Part shown: in pieces, positions 10,419-25,400 of the stretch
Position numbering within the stretch: position 1 is the stretch's first letter
Layout of the letters: the number at the start of each line of letters is the position of its first letter
Source: Antedon mediterranea
Taxonomy: Eukaryota > Animalia > Echinodermata
Length of the DNA: 64,000 nucleotides
Reading direction: 5' to 3'
NCBI RefSeq assembly: GCF_964355755.1
Contig: NC_092671.1
Location: forward strand, 39,256,304 to 39,320,303
Translations under genes and position numbers: made by a program
The notes under the pieces: generated by a model
Told to the model about the DNA's origin: nothing
The model's input: the letters and a program-made list of their open reading frames with translations, nothing else
Databases searched by the model: none

Positions 10419-13400
10419 CTGGTAAGAATAATTGTATAATCAGTAGTGATAATGCATCACCTAATTTCAATCACATATATTTCTTTCATTTTATCAACAT
10501 CAAAAATAATGTTTATTATTATTTTACTTTTTTTATTAAACAATTTTTGTTTTTTCATTTATTCATAGATACTCAAAATGCAAGTTTACCAACAAAATTA
10601 CAATCAAAACAAAATACAAAACATCAAACGTTAGGCCTAGCTATACTGGAAAACCATTATTAGATTATTATTGTATTATATATTACTATAGGGATAAAGT
10701 CATATTCACTTCAAGATCTTACATCACTTTTCCTCATTATTTACTAGGTATTTTGGTTTTTTCTATTAAAATTACAATCTACAGAAAAATGCACATTGCC
10801 AACTGAAGAAGAACGAAAGAACCAATATGTATTTTAATTATTATAATTATTTGTAATATTATTATTTGTATTTATTTATATGCTATATTCAGTTAACAAC
10901 TATCTAGAGTCTGTTAAATAATTACTTTACAAGGCCAAATCCAGACAAGTGAAAGCTTTTTATTGTGGTCTTTTTGTCAAATAAGTTAGCAATGTAATTA
11001 TTATTATTTTACATTTTGACAATAAAAAGATATGTAGTTATATGCACAAGAATGAAGAATGATAATAATTAGAAAAAAAACCAGAAATTATACAGAAAGT
11101 TTGTACATACAGCTGGTTCAATATTTAATTCCGTTCTCTCTTTATCACCTTGATCAAAAAACTCACTGGTTACAAGCTCAGCAATCTGCCAACAAAATAA
11201 AAAATGTTGTGGTGTCAGTAATACACAATCGACCCCACAATTTTACAAGCATTTAGTAATCTCTTTTTTCAAAAATTTTGTTGCGAGGCAAAGCATTTTA
11301 GAAACGTTTCTTCGCAGACGTTTAATTTGCTTTTTTTAATGAGTTATGTGTTCTATGCATTCCAATTATTCAGTCAAATGTAAAATTAACCAAGAGAATT
11401 CAAAAGCGGCAACCTTTATGTCTAAATTGAAATCTAGTCTATAAAATTTAAGATTAGAGAAGGGTAAATCTTACTAAACACTACTAGCCTAATATAATTA
11501 TAATCATAAGAAATTGACTATTTTATTTAAGTTCAAAAAGTCATGTGCAGTGGGTAAGAATAGCAGATATTTTTAGAGTATAATTTACGGAGTATCGAGA
11601 AACAATCTTTTAATTAGTGATTTAATATCGAGCTGAGTATTTAAAGTCGTCTAGTCACAAGTAATATTATTTCCAGCTAGATGGACGTTCAAACGGATTG
11701 CCATGCCAAATTTAATCTCTCATACAAAATAATCGAGTACAGTAAAAAATACAGGCGTATACTACAGAGTCTGCACCATTACATGATATACTGTACATTG
11801 AAATTACTGGTTTGGATTTCAAATCGAGGACAGGATCTGGTAAATTTAAATTAACATAAAGGTAAAAGTTTCTTAAACACAAAATTTGGTAAAAATATAT
11901 TGGTGTATCTTATGCGGAGAGTTGCATAAAAATTACATGCAATTTGATTGAACCTATTCTAATTAAATACTTACTTTTTGCTGTGTTTTCCAGGTTTTAG
12001 TACTAGCAGCAACATCACATGCTGTCATCAGCATACTCCTATAAAAACAATGTATCAATATGTAATGTGCCCATATATGGACATGATGATGTCATATCAC
12101 TACCATATTTGAGAATATCACTACCATTTTGGGTACATTTTTTTTGTCAAACTAGTTTGATAGTGTAGACAGAGCTTTACACTTGTTTCTTAACAATTAA
12201 AGCAGGTACACGAAGCTGGATAAAAAGCAATCAAATTCCAATATTTCTTTTCGTACAAAATAAACATGAATATTCATTATTTATATCCATTAGGTGTGAC
12301 TAAGAATTGAGAGAACTACAATTCGCTAACATTATGTTTTCTTTTGAGCCGACTATGTAGTTGAGTGGATTAGACTATGAACTTTTAATGTAGATGTATG
12401 GGGTTTGAATCCCATGAACAACTTCTTTTTACTTCAGAGATTATTTAGAAAGTTAGGTTAAGTTATATTTAGGAAGTACTGTAGTTCGGCTACCTTTCAC
12501 ATAAGGAGACGCCTTACTTATATTCGCAAAAACAAACAAAAATTGCTTCCTGGCCCTATTCCAACAAAATGTTAATATTGGTATCGTCTTAATGAATTAT
12601 AAATTTGTACATTACCTTAACAATTCACGGTTCTGTGGGACAATCCAATCTGATTTGGAATCTACTAATGTAAAAAACTGGTCTCGAACTCTAAAAAAAA
12701 AAAACAAACAAAAAACACATTTTAAAAATATTTATATATGTATTAAAATTATTAGGAAATTAGTACAACAGTAGTTACATTTATAGTTAAATATCAATTA
12801 AATATAATTATGGTTGGTGAGGTAAATGTAATGAAGGAAACTGAATTCTTACTTAAAATGTGTTGTGAGGTCAGTAGAAAGAATTGCATGTTTAAGTATA
12901 TTCATCACTTCACTATATTCCTGCGATGAAAGACCTGAAAAAATGTTATGACCCTACAAGAAACAAAAACATTCTTTCAGTGACAGATGAAGGTAATAAA
13001 AAGTGATTCTAATATTCCATCTTTGCTGTCTTTAAAGCTCTGTCTACACTATCAAACTTTATGTGACAACAAAATTTGATGTTTCCATATATAATGATGT
13101 CATATCACTACCATATTTAGGCATATCAGTACTATATTTGGAGACATCATACTTTTTTGCCAAACTAGTTTGATAGTGTAGACAGAGCTTAAGTCATCCA
13201 TTTCAAAAATACATATCTTCCATTTGCTTTGTGAGAAACATTAAAGATGTATTGTCCCCAAAAAAACATGAAAAATTAAGATTATTGAAAAAATACTTTG
13301 ATTTGGCCATTTTGCAGTTTAATAAAACCACTACTGTAGAAAAAAAAAACACTACTAAAATGTGTTCACTCTATATAAAAAAGACAAAATAAACAGTTGA

Positions 13401-16400
13401 CTTCCTGTCAATATGACAATTTTTTTGCTTTGAATTCAGTTTTTTTCAGGTAAACAATTTTTACTAAACTTTAAACTAATTTTTGGTCAAAGTGAACAAA
13501 TATTATTTGAGATTAAAACGGCATATTCAACAAAAACATTTGAATTTTTTTTTTTCAGGGGAGAATTTATCTTTAATGATAGATAAATGCATGCATACTT
13601 GACACGATTGAACAGTTTTAATGAATATAATCAACGTTACAGCTTCACACAAAGACTATATGTTAAAAAATTGTAATTTGACGTGTAAAAATGATGGTGT
13701 AATTAATTTGCACTGACAACAGCGACATGAATAATTTCTTGTTTGTTAGAAAAAATTCAGAAAAGCAAGTCAAATTTCGCATTAAACATGCAGCATACAT
13801 AAACATTTTTAAATTTATTCATTCACATTTATTTGAAATAGAAATGGTTCAAACAAAAACAATCTATCAATTTGTCCATTTATGAATTTTTTAAATCTTT
13901 TATTTTTGCTATAATACTCAATTTATACACAAAGTATGAAAAAAAAAGTGGAATTGCAACTATAGCAATTAGCCTTTAACTATGAAGTTTGAAGAAGAGT
14001 CACTTTAATTTAGACTCCCGTCCAGCTACTTTAATGCATTTAGACTCCCATCCAGCCACATTTAAACATACCTGGCTACTTAATATTACAACAGCATGGT
14101 TAAAATGGTGATATTCCATCGTGGCCTTTGACCCGTACAATTTTGATAATGGTGATTGGCTCCTATCAGAAAGAAAAAAACAAATATTTTGTGTATTCAA
14201 ATTTTAAACAAAGAAAACAATAACACATTTTAGCAGAACACTAAACCTCTGTCCACACTATCAAACTTTATGTGACAAAAAAATGCGATATGCCTAAATA
14301 TGGAAGTGATGTGACCAAATATGGTAGTGATATGAAATCATCATGTCCATATATGGGGACATTTTTTTGTCACATAAAGTTTGATATTGTAGACAGAGCT
14401 TTATACTGGAAAAATTAGAATTATTTTATCATTTTGCCAGATATTTAGCTTGTTTGATAAACCTTTAATAATCACATAAGTTTGATAGTGACGTAGCTTT
14501 AGTATGATCCGAACATTTTTTATACACAACTATTTAAAATTAAAACAATTTCTTCCTTTAAGAAGTCATTTTTAAAGGATTATTGAAAACCAATTCTATA
14601 CAGCATTGATTTATATCTTCCGATACTTAATTCAATGCTCACGCTCCTGGCAAATATTTATCTAATTTTTCCGCTTCCAAATCAATAATATTTAAGTCCG
14701 ACATTACAAGGCTACCGCTTAATAATCATATTTTACAATCTTTAAATAAACGTATTGACAAGATTGATATAAATACATTCTGACACAGAATGTTAAAGAC
14801 GTCAAAAATGTTTTGAAAACAAATAAAGCAGTTGATTAACATGTTACTTGAGCAAACCAGAAATTTGCCCAATGGTAGCATTTTTATTCCAATCAGGATC
14901 CAGCATTATAGATTAGAGGGGTGCTAAATATTTCATAAATGATAAAAAACGATCCGTCGGGTTGCAGAAATATAAAAATAGCCTCAAGGTTAGATCAGGG
15001 AGTTGTTAACTCCCTGGTTAGATGTACCTTTTGGCTGTAACATATACTGCTTTAAATCGTAATACATCATGCACATCTGACATGCTTGTATTAAGATTAA
15101 TAGCGCATGTGGCTACAACTTAATTTACTGTACTATTGCCTCTAATGTTTGAAATGTTTTTATTTTTAATTCATTGTTGAAAATAAAGGTGGGGACACAG
15201 AATAGCATCATAGAACAAGCAGGATACACTCTTGTTGATAAGGAACAACATTTTTAAAAGATGATGTTGATATATAAGGACTTTATTTTGTACAATTTTT
15301 TTGCAAATATTAACTTTCTCATCTTCACCGCTTATACATTAATTCCTTTTGGTATTTGGTATCATCCAGTACAACAGAAAGTCAAGAAGATTTTTTGATG
15401 TTTTTATATGATTGGTTTTATGCTATATTTGTTTTTATTGTGTTTTCTTGTTATTATGACGAGCAATGAATTTCCTTTTTGAGGATCAATAAAAGTTATC
15501 TTATCTTATCTTTATATCACTGTAGAGCTTTAGAGTTTCGCTCTGATTTTGTTGAGAAATAAATAATAAATGCTCATTTTATAAAGATTAATTGATCAGC
15601 AAATTATTTGGTTGAAGCAAACAACATTTTATGAGCGCTGTTGCATCCTTGATTCAATATGTTCAGAAAAAAGATTACAAAAAAAACGCCTAACATTCTA
15701 CACGCTCGTTAATTATATTTTACTTGACAAGTACGCTTGTTTTCTGTTGTTCAATTAAATTCTATGATTGCTTTAAATTTTTTTATAGATGTGTAATAAT
15801 TATAACAACTATGTATAGATTTTTTAAATATTAAAATGTTGCATTGTGTATATTATAAGAGAAAGCAATTGTACGTTTTCTTTGTTAAACCTATTTTTCT
15901 ATTGTTGTATCCATCCATACACATGGGGTAGCAACGTGACCGGAATTTGGAATTGTACTCAGAAGTTTTAAACTGAAACTAGTATAATTGATAGATTATT
16001 ATTAGATGTTGGTTTAAATGTTGGCATTAATGGCATATGCCCGCCATCTCCCGCCCACATCTTCTTTTACTCTACGTTTATTTTTACTGTACTTACTTTT
16101 CCTGAAATGCGTTGTTTGTTCCCCTATGGTCCAGATCATGACATAGACACGCTACTAACAACGATAACTGCTCCAAATCTGTTAATACCAGGTTTGTTGT
16201 CTGTCATATAAATAATAAATAAATATAATTAAAAACAACAAATTAAATTTGAATACAAATAAACAGTAATAATATTATTGACTCACAATGACAGTAAACA
16301 GATGATAATGAGAATTAAATGATCACTGCACTTTAAACAAAAAAGCTAATAATATCCAGCTCTGTCTACACTATCAAACTTTATGTGACAACAAAATGTG

Positions 16401-19400
16401 ATGTGTCCAAATATGGTAGTGATATGACATTATGTCCACATATGGGCACATCACATTTGTTGTCACATAACGTTTGATAGTGTAGACAAATCTCTGCCAA
16501 AATAATTATTATTATTATTAAAATTTACAAACATTATTTCATTTATGTCTACAAGCTATTTGAAAAACTTACATTATGTTCAATTTATGAATGTTTTAAA
16601 CTTTTTTTATTTTCAAAATGACATAATTTTGCATTTGTTTTACAAGTTTGGCTCGATGGGAATTGTGAAATGAATTCCGAAGAGAGCGCTAAATCATTCA
16701 ATGATTTTTGCAACTTGTGTTTCATGCTTGAAAAGATTTAACAAATGCTATCATGAATTACCATCATTTTTGTTATGTTTTTACCATAAAATAATATTCT
16801 GAAATAATTAAGCATTAAAGCATGCTGTGATGAGTAAATATCAAATAATAATTCATTACTTATAAATAGAAATTATAAAATAAATAAATATTCATTATTA
16901 TTATTAGTGTCATTACTGAAGACAAATTTAAAAATCAAAGCATTTAGAAGAATTAAAATTATAAAATACTATAAAATTAAAGTAGATATCTTGAAAAACA
17001 AAATAAAATATTTACAGCTGTGTACATTACATTAAGTACCGACTTGCCTCAAGTATAGACATGCCTTAAGTACAGATTTACCTTAAATACAGACTTGCCT
17101 TAAGTGCAGACTTGCCTTAAGTACAGACACTGCTTTAGGTACAGACTTGCCTTAAGTACAGACTTTGCCTTAGGTAGACATTGTCTTTAAGTACAGACTT
17201 GCCTTAAGTACAGACTTGCCTTAGGTAGACATTGCCTTTAAGTACAGACTTGCCTTAGGTAGACTTTGCCTTAAGTACAGACTTGCCTTAGGTAGACATT
17301 GCCTTTAAGTACAGACTTGCCTTAGCTAGACTTTGCCTTTAAGTACAGACTTTGCCTTAAGAACAGACTTGCCTTAGGTAGACATTGCCTTAAGTACAGA
17401 CTTGCCTTAAGTACAGACTTGCCTTAAGTACAGACTTGCCTGAAGTACAGAGTATAAGTATAGACTTACCTTAAGTACAGTGTACATTACTTGCATCACA
17501 TTAAATGCATGTCTGTAGTTGTGATAGGCAACAGGTCGGTAGTTCCTTCTAACAGTTAACAACCAACGACATAAAACCTAGATGAGACAAAAAATGCCAT
17601 TGTACTTCATCTTATCTTCATCATCATAATACTATTGTAGTCATTATTGACATTATATACTGAATCAGTTTCAATATATATTATCTCCCTTCAGGGCTTT
17701 CATGTTCAAATTGAAGACACAGTTTCTTGGAGATAGCTGGTGCAACAGCAATTGAGAATTGCACTGGCCACCAGCTGAAACTGGCACCTAATACTCAACA
17801 ATATAATAATTATCATTATTATTTTTTATCATCAATATCTTCATATCTATATATTCTGAATCATGCATTATGATAGCACAAGCACACAAGTCATATGTCA
17901 ATATGTTAATACCCAGAACATTGCCCAGGGAATAGTGTGTTTGCTGACACTTAGCCTAACAGAATGCATACATTACCTCCACTCATACTAAGGATATAAC
18001 CTTTCAAATTGGTTAGCACTCGATAAAGTAAGTGTTGACGTAATAAGTAATAGTTACAGAGAAAAGGTTAAAAAGAATATTTTGTGTACATAAATAATAC
18101 AGTACTTTTAATTGTGTATGTTACATACAGTGCAAGAATCTATCATTGCTAATAATATTCCAAAACGCTCATGTACTCTACCTCATAGTCCATCTTAAAT
18201 CTTTGTATCAAACCCATATCGAGAAAAATCCTGAGAGACGCCTTTGTCATCTCATCAGCTTTCAATGAAAAGTCATCGAAATCAAACTTTGAAAGACGTA
18301 ATGAACGCTTATCAGGAACCTTTGCTGACTGTAAAAAAAAAAAAAACAAGTTCACAATTAAGTAAAATAAATTAATCGAATTGATGGTCTGAGGTTTCAG
18401 GGAAAAAAATCAATGAAGGAGGCTTTTATACTTTGTATTTAATTTATTTCAAATTATAGCTTAAAATATGGCCGTGTTTTACCAAAGTATTTCTTTTAAA
18501 ATCTGAGAGATTTCAAGATAGTCATTGCCAGATGAAGATTAGTAGTCGAAACGTCGCACATGTACGTATCTATACTGGTATACAGAAATATAGGTGATAA
18601 TACCAAGATATAACTTAACCTAACCCTCTAAATATTCTTGTAACATTAAAAAAAACCTTATACTGTACGGTTGATGCAAACCAAGTCTATGTAATTCAAC
18701 CAAAAACTGGCTTGCAGAAAACACCTGAAATTTTGTCCATGCAAATGAATATATTATATATTCATAATGTGATCTATAAATTGGACACCTTCTCTTGGAT
18801 TATTAAGATTATTTTTTTAGAAAAAAAAAATGTATGCAGCCAGGTTACATGAAGTATAATATTCTACTAAAAATGGGAATTAAATCGAAACTCTAAGAAT
18901 CTGAAACCATCATAGGTTTCGGGGTGGGTTTACATCATAGGTTTGGGGATGGGTTTATCTGCTTACTTCTTCATCAGAAAATAGAAAATAAAACTACACC
19001 TAATCAAACTCATCATCACATTAAAGGTAAATTATGAAGTAGAACTGCATTATGGGTAACAGTATGCCAAAGGATCTAGTTGAAATCTCCTTCATTATTT
19101 CACCAAGAATGCTTGGCTAGTTGTAAATTCTCAATCATATAATTTTTCATCATCCAAATGGCCAATAGTAATTATATCGCAGTACATTGCTCTTGTATTT
19201 TCTACTTGGAGACAATATTCATATTTCAAGTTGATCATTGTATTTCAAGACTCGATCTTTCTCTCTCTCTCTAGCCTGCGTGTCTCCTTTAAGCTTACAA
19301 AACATTAAGCGAATCTCTCAGGCAATCAACAAACATAAGCAATATTGATGTTTTGTCGAAAAGCATTGCTATTAGAAATAAACATACTTCTTGCATTTGT

Positions 19401-22400
19401 AAACTTGTTTAGTCAAATTCTTGTATCGTATTTCAACTGTAATGGGTTCATTTAAAACACATTTGTTTTTATGTGCTTCTCCTCTTTACTAGTGGAGATT
19501 CAATTTCACACAAACCTACCTATTGCAGGATGATTGTACAGTAATGAATACAATATATACATTTTATTTAAAATGATGCATAACACTAAAACATAATGAT
19601 TTAGTAAATGCAACAATATGGCTAAATAGAAGTGTGCAAAAATATTATAATTAGTTTTCCAAAATTTAAAGATGTATTTGTCCCCCAAAAACATGAAAAA
19701 TGAAGATTAATAAAATCAAACTTTTAATAGGCCATATTGCATTTTTAATAAAGTTATTCACTTCTATAGGAAAAAAACAATCATTTCACTTATAAAAAGA
19801 CAAAATAAACGGTAAATTTTAACCAAAAACTCATTGTCTGACAGACAATTTAAGTATTTTTTGCTTTAAATTACATTTTTTCCGGTAATTCAGGTAATAA
19901 TCGATCCAGTTTTTGGTCAAAGTGAATAACTAATATGTGACATTAAAATGACATACCGTATTACAACAAACAAAAATGATTTTTTCAGGCGGACGATATA
20001 TCTTTAAGGAAAAATTGTGTTAAATAAATATTCTTTTAAATTAAGAAATGTGTTAACTGTATACTTCTTTTTTGTCTACCTGACAATTAAAATCTTCAAA
20101 TCTATCTTTGGATAAGGTATATACAAAAAATGTTACCTTTCACATTTTAGCATAAAAGGTGTTAAAAGAATAGTAAACAATTAACTTGCTATGTTTTCTT
20201 GATTGTTTGACATTTAAAGAATTCTCAATAATTAATGCAACCTTATCACAAAGAGTTTATTAATCTTTAATAAGACAATTGTAAATTAAATTGGGATTTG
20301 GTAAAGGCTTAACAGAGCTGTAGTTAAAGAAAAAAAAGTAACCGTATAGTGCACACTATGTACTGTACCTTTGGTGGTAGTTTGAAGTAATGTTAGATTA
20401 CTGCTTAAATTACATTCTCTAAATGATGGTTGTTACAATTCTTTAAAATTAACAGGTATTTGTTGAACATGGGGTTGTAGAAAGACATGATGAATGATCA
20501 GTTTTGACCTGAAAACATTTGTATGTATTAACAATTTGTCAAGTTTCCTAAGAGAGAACCATGGGGCAAAGGCAATACAGTGTGAACTCTACCCTTGCTT
20601 ATAATAATTATAATCAAATAAAAACTATAGACCAGTTTAACTGTGTCATACAAAATCTAACATGACTTTATCTGAGCTACAGATCACCTGATGAAGGCTT
20701 GAATAATTAGTGTACCGTAAAAGTTAAATGACAAAGCTGAAATCACGAGGGACTAAAAAGGAGAGCCACATGTTGACGACGATAAAATAAAGGAAGAAAC
20801 TGGAGACGGCAATGAATTTTCAAGAAAATATTGCATGAAAAAAAATGCTGATTCTGGTGTTTGGTACAACAAATGATATCTATCTCACTAAATTGATCGC
20901 ACTGCCATAAAAATATAGTCACAAAAGACAATTCACAGATTGTAAATCTCTGTCTACACTATTAAACAACAAAATGTGATGTGTCCATATATGGACATGA
21001 TGATGTCATAACACTACCATATTTGGGCACATCACTTTTTAGTGTAATTTATTCTATTCTGATTTCATCAGTTTATTTTTATTTTGTCATGAAGTGCACT
21101 AAAATATTTGATAGGTTTAAAAAAACAGTTAACAAGCCTACTCTATCAATATTGTTCACACTCAATCAATCCATTGACCTTTTTTGTACATATAAGTTGT
21201 GATTAGCTAAAATACCATCGAAGATTGCATGGACAAACAATTTGCTACATTTTCAAATATCAACATACTCGTTTCCATGCCGCATTATTCCATTAAATCC
21301 GACACGGAAATGAGCCTCATGGTTTCCTCAAGGTTGATTTACGATTTTGTCTTTTTGAATTTACATCGGTCGTTGCAAAAACATGTAAAAATACCTTACT
21401 CCTCCGTTTCATAATCAAATTGTTTATAGAATGCTAAATAGCTGCATTAAGATATTCGCATCAACGTGCAATTTATTCTCAATTTTCATACTACTTTGAA
21501 GATTCGCATAAAATATAACACGTCAGTTTTGATGACCAGAACCATCAAAGTAACCCGTGTTAGATTGCTTAATACTCTAGAGCTATTTGTAGACTTAGCA
21601 GATTCACCAACTATCTAATAATACAATTTACAACATGTGTCAGATTGTTTTACTATGAGAAACAGTTATTACTGTATTATTCATTATTATACTTTTATAC
21701 AGTGTGATGTTAAACCATGTTTCTGTGTGTTAATACAGGCTATTATGATATTTTAATATCAAAATTTTATTTTCAAGAAAATCATAGTATACACACATCA
21801 GCAGTAAGTGTACTGAAGAAGAATCGATCTTGGGTCAATTTTTTCAATTATACTTTTTTTTTCCATTTTAAAAATTAAATTTTAAAGAGCAACATGATGT
21901 ATTCTGCCACCAAACTACTTAATGCCTAGAAATGTCATAACAATTCCCCAATTTAATGAATTAAAGGTGGTATAGAATAGAAAAATGTTTATTTTGAATC
22001 ATTCACCAAAAAAAACAATTTGAATTCATTCATTCATTCAAATTACTGTAATAACATTCTACACTGACATAAAGATAAATATATTTATAGAAGATTTTCG
22101 CCGATAGCGTAAGCAGCTTATTTTCATTGGAAAATGTACAATTTTGTCCATCTCTATTTAATATCAAGGTGTTATTTTTGTATGAATTACATTTTTATTT
22201 AAACATTTTTTAATGCAGTGAATTGTTGGAATCAATAACAAAATAAAATAAATCGCATAGAAATTATAGAATTAAAGCAACAACATTTTTTTCTTATTAC
22301 AATTTAAATATTATTTAGACGGTGCATACTGTACTCTGGCTTACCAGGAATAAAAACAATGAAATATCTGGAACCAGGAAACATGAACCGGAAAAGGAGT

Positions 22401-25400
22401 GAATGTCCGTGAGTGACAACTCATGATTCATGATTAGAAAGGGAAAAGGAGTGTGTATGTATTGTTATGAGCCAGTTATATGTTTTTCACTTGTTGGACT
22501 TGTATTTTTTTATTTATTTATTTAATCAAACTCTTGTTTACAACAAAATCAGCCAATTCTGGCTTATGACTGAACAAATATATAAAATAACAATTAAAAT
22601 AGACACAGATAAAAACAAAATAACTTACTAGATTTGAACTCGTCACTACGGACGAGTTAGGTTATCCGCAGCCCAAAAGCCACGTGCACGTCATACGTTA
22701 GAATATTACGCACAGAAAAACGATTATGCTATTGTTAGTGCGCTCTCTATTTTGCATCACGTCAAAGTATATATACACTATATACTGTATACGTACTACA
22801 TACAGTTCAGAATAGGTGAAAATAAGTGATCAAAGTTAATGACGCTTTTGACCATGATGACGTCATTACAATTTTAAAAATGGTAAATCATGTGAAAGAT
22901 AATTGATTGACCTAGACAATATAAAGAAATGGTGGAAAATGGAATACGGATAAGTAGATGCGCTCTATTAAATGTGATGCGCTATGACGAAAGAGACAAA
23001 AATCCTATATTTTATATTTGAGTGGCCATACGATGACTCACAATGTCCGGTTAGCGATATTGATTCATGATTCGATATCTACAACTTATCACCTTCCAGA
23101 ATCTGTGATTTCAAAAAAGTTCACCACATATAGTTTAGAATCTATGACAGTTTAAAAAAAGGCATAATTTTCACGAAATTTTGAACTTTTTCATCAAAAA
23201 CGCGCGCAAATTTTTCAATTCTACGTGCTCGTATGACGTGATTTTAAGTCGAAAATGTTTGAAAGTTGGTAAATTTACTAAAAAAGACAGGAAAAACAAC
23301 AATCAAGCAAAAAAATGATGATTTTGTGCTACGTGCGCGTAAAAAAATTGCGCACGCCTGGGAATTTTTTTAATGCTCAAAATGACATGAAACGAGTAGA
23401 AAGTTGATTAGAAATTGATTTTTCGCATTTTGAAATTTTAAACGCGCGTGCGCACGTAACTTTTTGTGAAACATGCCATTTTTAATCCATAGAAAGTTTG
23501 CCCTTGATATAACTTAAATTTTCACTAAGTGTCAATACAAAATGACTTTTAGTTTTTAATCTATGATCAATCATTGAAATTCATAAAATAGCGCGTAACT
23601 TACGCTGCGCAACTCGGACGTGACCGAAAACCTTATTACGACATCTTCAGATAGAGGTCAATCTTCTGCTAAAGTTATACAATGTTATGTTGAGAAGATT
23701 TAGAGATACACGCGCAACAAAATTCTGGGAAAGAAAGAAGAACATAGAAAAAAAAAAAAAAGAAAAGGGTTATCCGCCAATTAAACAGACTTAATACACC
23801 AAACCTTTTTTCTTTCTTTTTCCCCCCGAGTAGAAGGGGAAAAAAAAAACTGTAATGTAAATAAATATGTTTAAAATGACTTGTTAAAAACAATGGACTG
23901 GCGTTAGGAGAGCAATTGATATGATGATGAAGATGATGATGAAGATGATGATGAAGATGATGATGATGATTGTTGGTATGATCAGGGAAGAAGGAAATTG
24001 TAATTTCGCTCTTCCTCAGTATGATACATAAATTAGAGATTTTAATAAAAAATGATGTTTTCACTTTTATTTTCTACTTTATTAAGCAACTTGACAGTGG
24101 TTTATTTAGATTTTTTTTGGTAAACTCGTCATGTGGATATTTTGAACTTTGTTTTTTTTATGTTTTTATTTCTTGACAAAATAAATGAAATGAATAGATG
24201 TATTTATACAACTGTAAAAGAAAAATGTGTGCCTAATCATTTGCACATGTGCAGTAACAAACAATCCGCAATGCTGCTCCGCTAATGTAGATATTTTTTT
24301 TCACTTTAAATTAGCATGTTAGAGAACAGAACAAAGTTGTCACTTGTAATTCTAATTCATTATCATCAACTTTCAGTTTATAAAGTCTAATTTTGCCTGC
24401 CATCTTCAAGATTTTTATTTCACTTAAAACCATCTTACTTGACATGATGCTTTAAGGTATCAACACATATAATATTCTATGTTACCTAAGGTGTACAACA
24501 ATGTCATCTATTAAAAAGATTGATTAAAATCAAACACTTGAATGAACAAGTTTTTAATTTATTTTAATTTTTAAAGTCAACCTGTTTTACATTGTGGTCC
24601 TGTCTTGAATAAAAAACAAAATCAGGGAAAAAAACTAAAATTTTGTTTTGTGATAAAAATGATATAGCTTTGAATGATCAATTGTTTATGCAAATTAACT
24701 TGCATTTCAATAAACACCTGTAATGTACAGCAATCATCACGTCCGATGAATTACACGGCGTAGATGGGCATTTTGAACTTAATAATATCATGATATATAC
24801 ACAGTTTCTTAGTAGTATGTTAAAATCCTACGATTTTAATGGTTTTGAGAAAGAAAAATGTGCCTTACAGTTGACACTAAATACACCCTGGGGAAAGAAA
24901 GAGGAATTGAGAGATAATTCATGGTATCTAATAATGACCAGTGTCTCAGTAAATACATCAAATGTTAAGCACTTGATTCATTCTGTGTGCAAAAAATGAT
25001 ATATATAAAGAGCAACATTATAGTAGATTTTTTACAATTATCTCTTGTTTATCAGAAAGTTCATACATATGTTAGGGGCCACTTACTGTAGTGTAAACTG
25101 GTTAAGGTACAGGTGAGGGGAGTGTTTGGAGGGGTCAATATGTTAGGGGCCACTTACTGTAGTGTACTCATGCAGGTACTGGTGAGGGGAGTGTTTGGAG
25201 GGGTCAATATGTTAGGGGCCACTTACTGTAGTGTACTCATGCAGGTACTGGTGAGGGGAGTGTTTGGAGGGGTCAATATGTTAGGGGCCACTTACTGTAG
25301 TGTACTCATGCAGGTACTGGTGAGGGGAGTGTTTGGAGGGGTCAATATGTTAGGGGCCACTTACTGTAGTGCACTCACTGGTGAGGGGAAGGGGTAAATG

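Noticed and set aside
12345-12420. tRNA-like sequence
   Set aside because: The arms do not pair well; it is an old SINE head remnant.
20686-20722. CTGATGAAGGC, a possible hammerhead
   Set aside because: No closing stem II or GAAA follows.
23675-24064. 129-aa His-rich ORF
   Set aside because: It is produced by a (GAT)n microsatellite and poly-A tracts.
25113-25397. Repetitive ORFs here and at 43791-44263, 48265-48481, 49043-49492 and 51537-52075
   Set aside because: They are translations of minisatellites, mostly with unit lengths divisible by three; there is no independent gene evidence.
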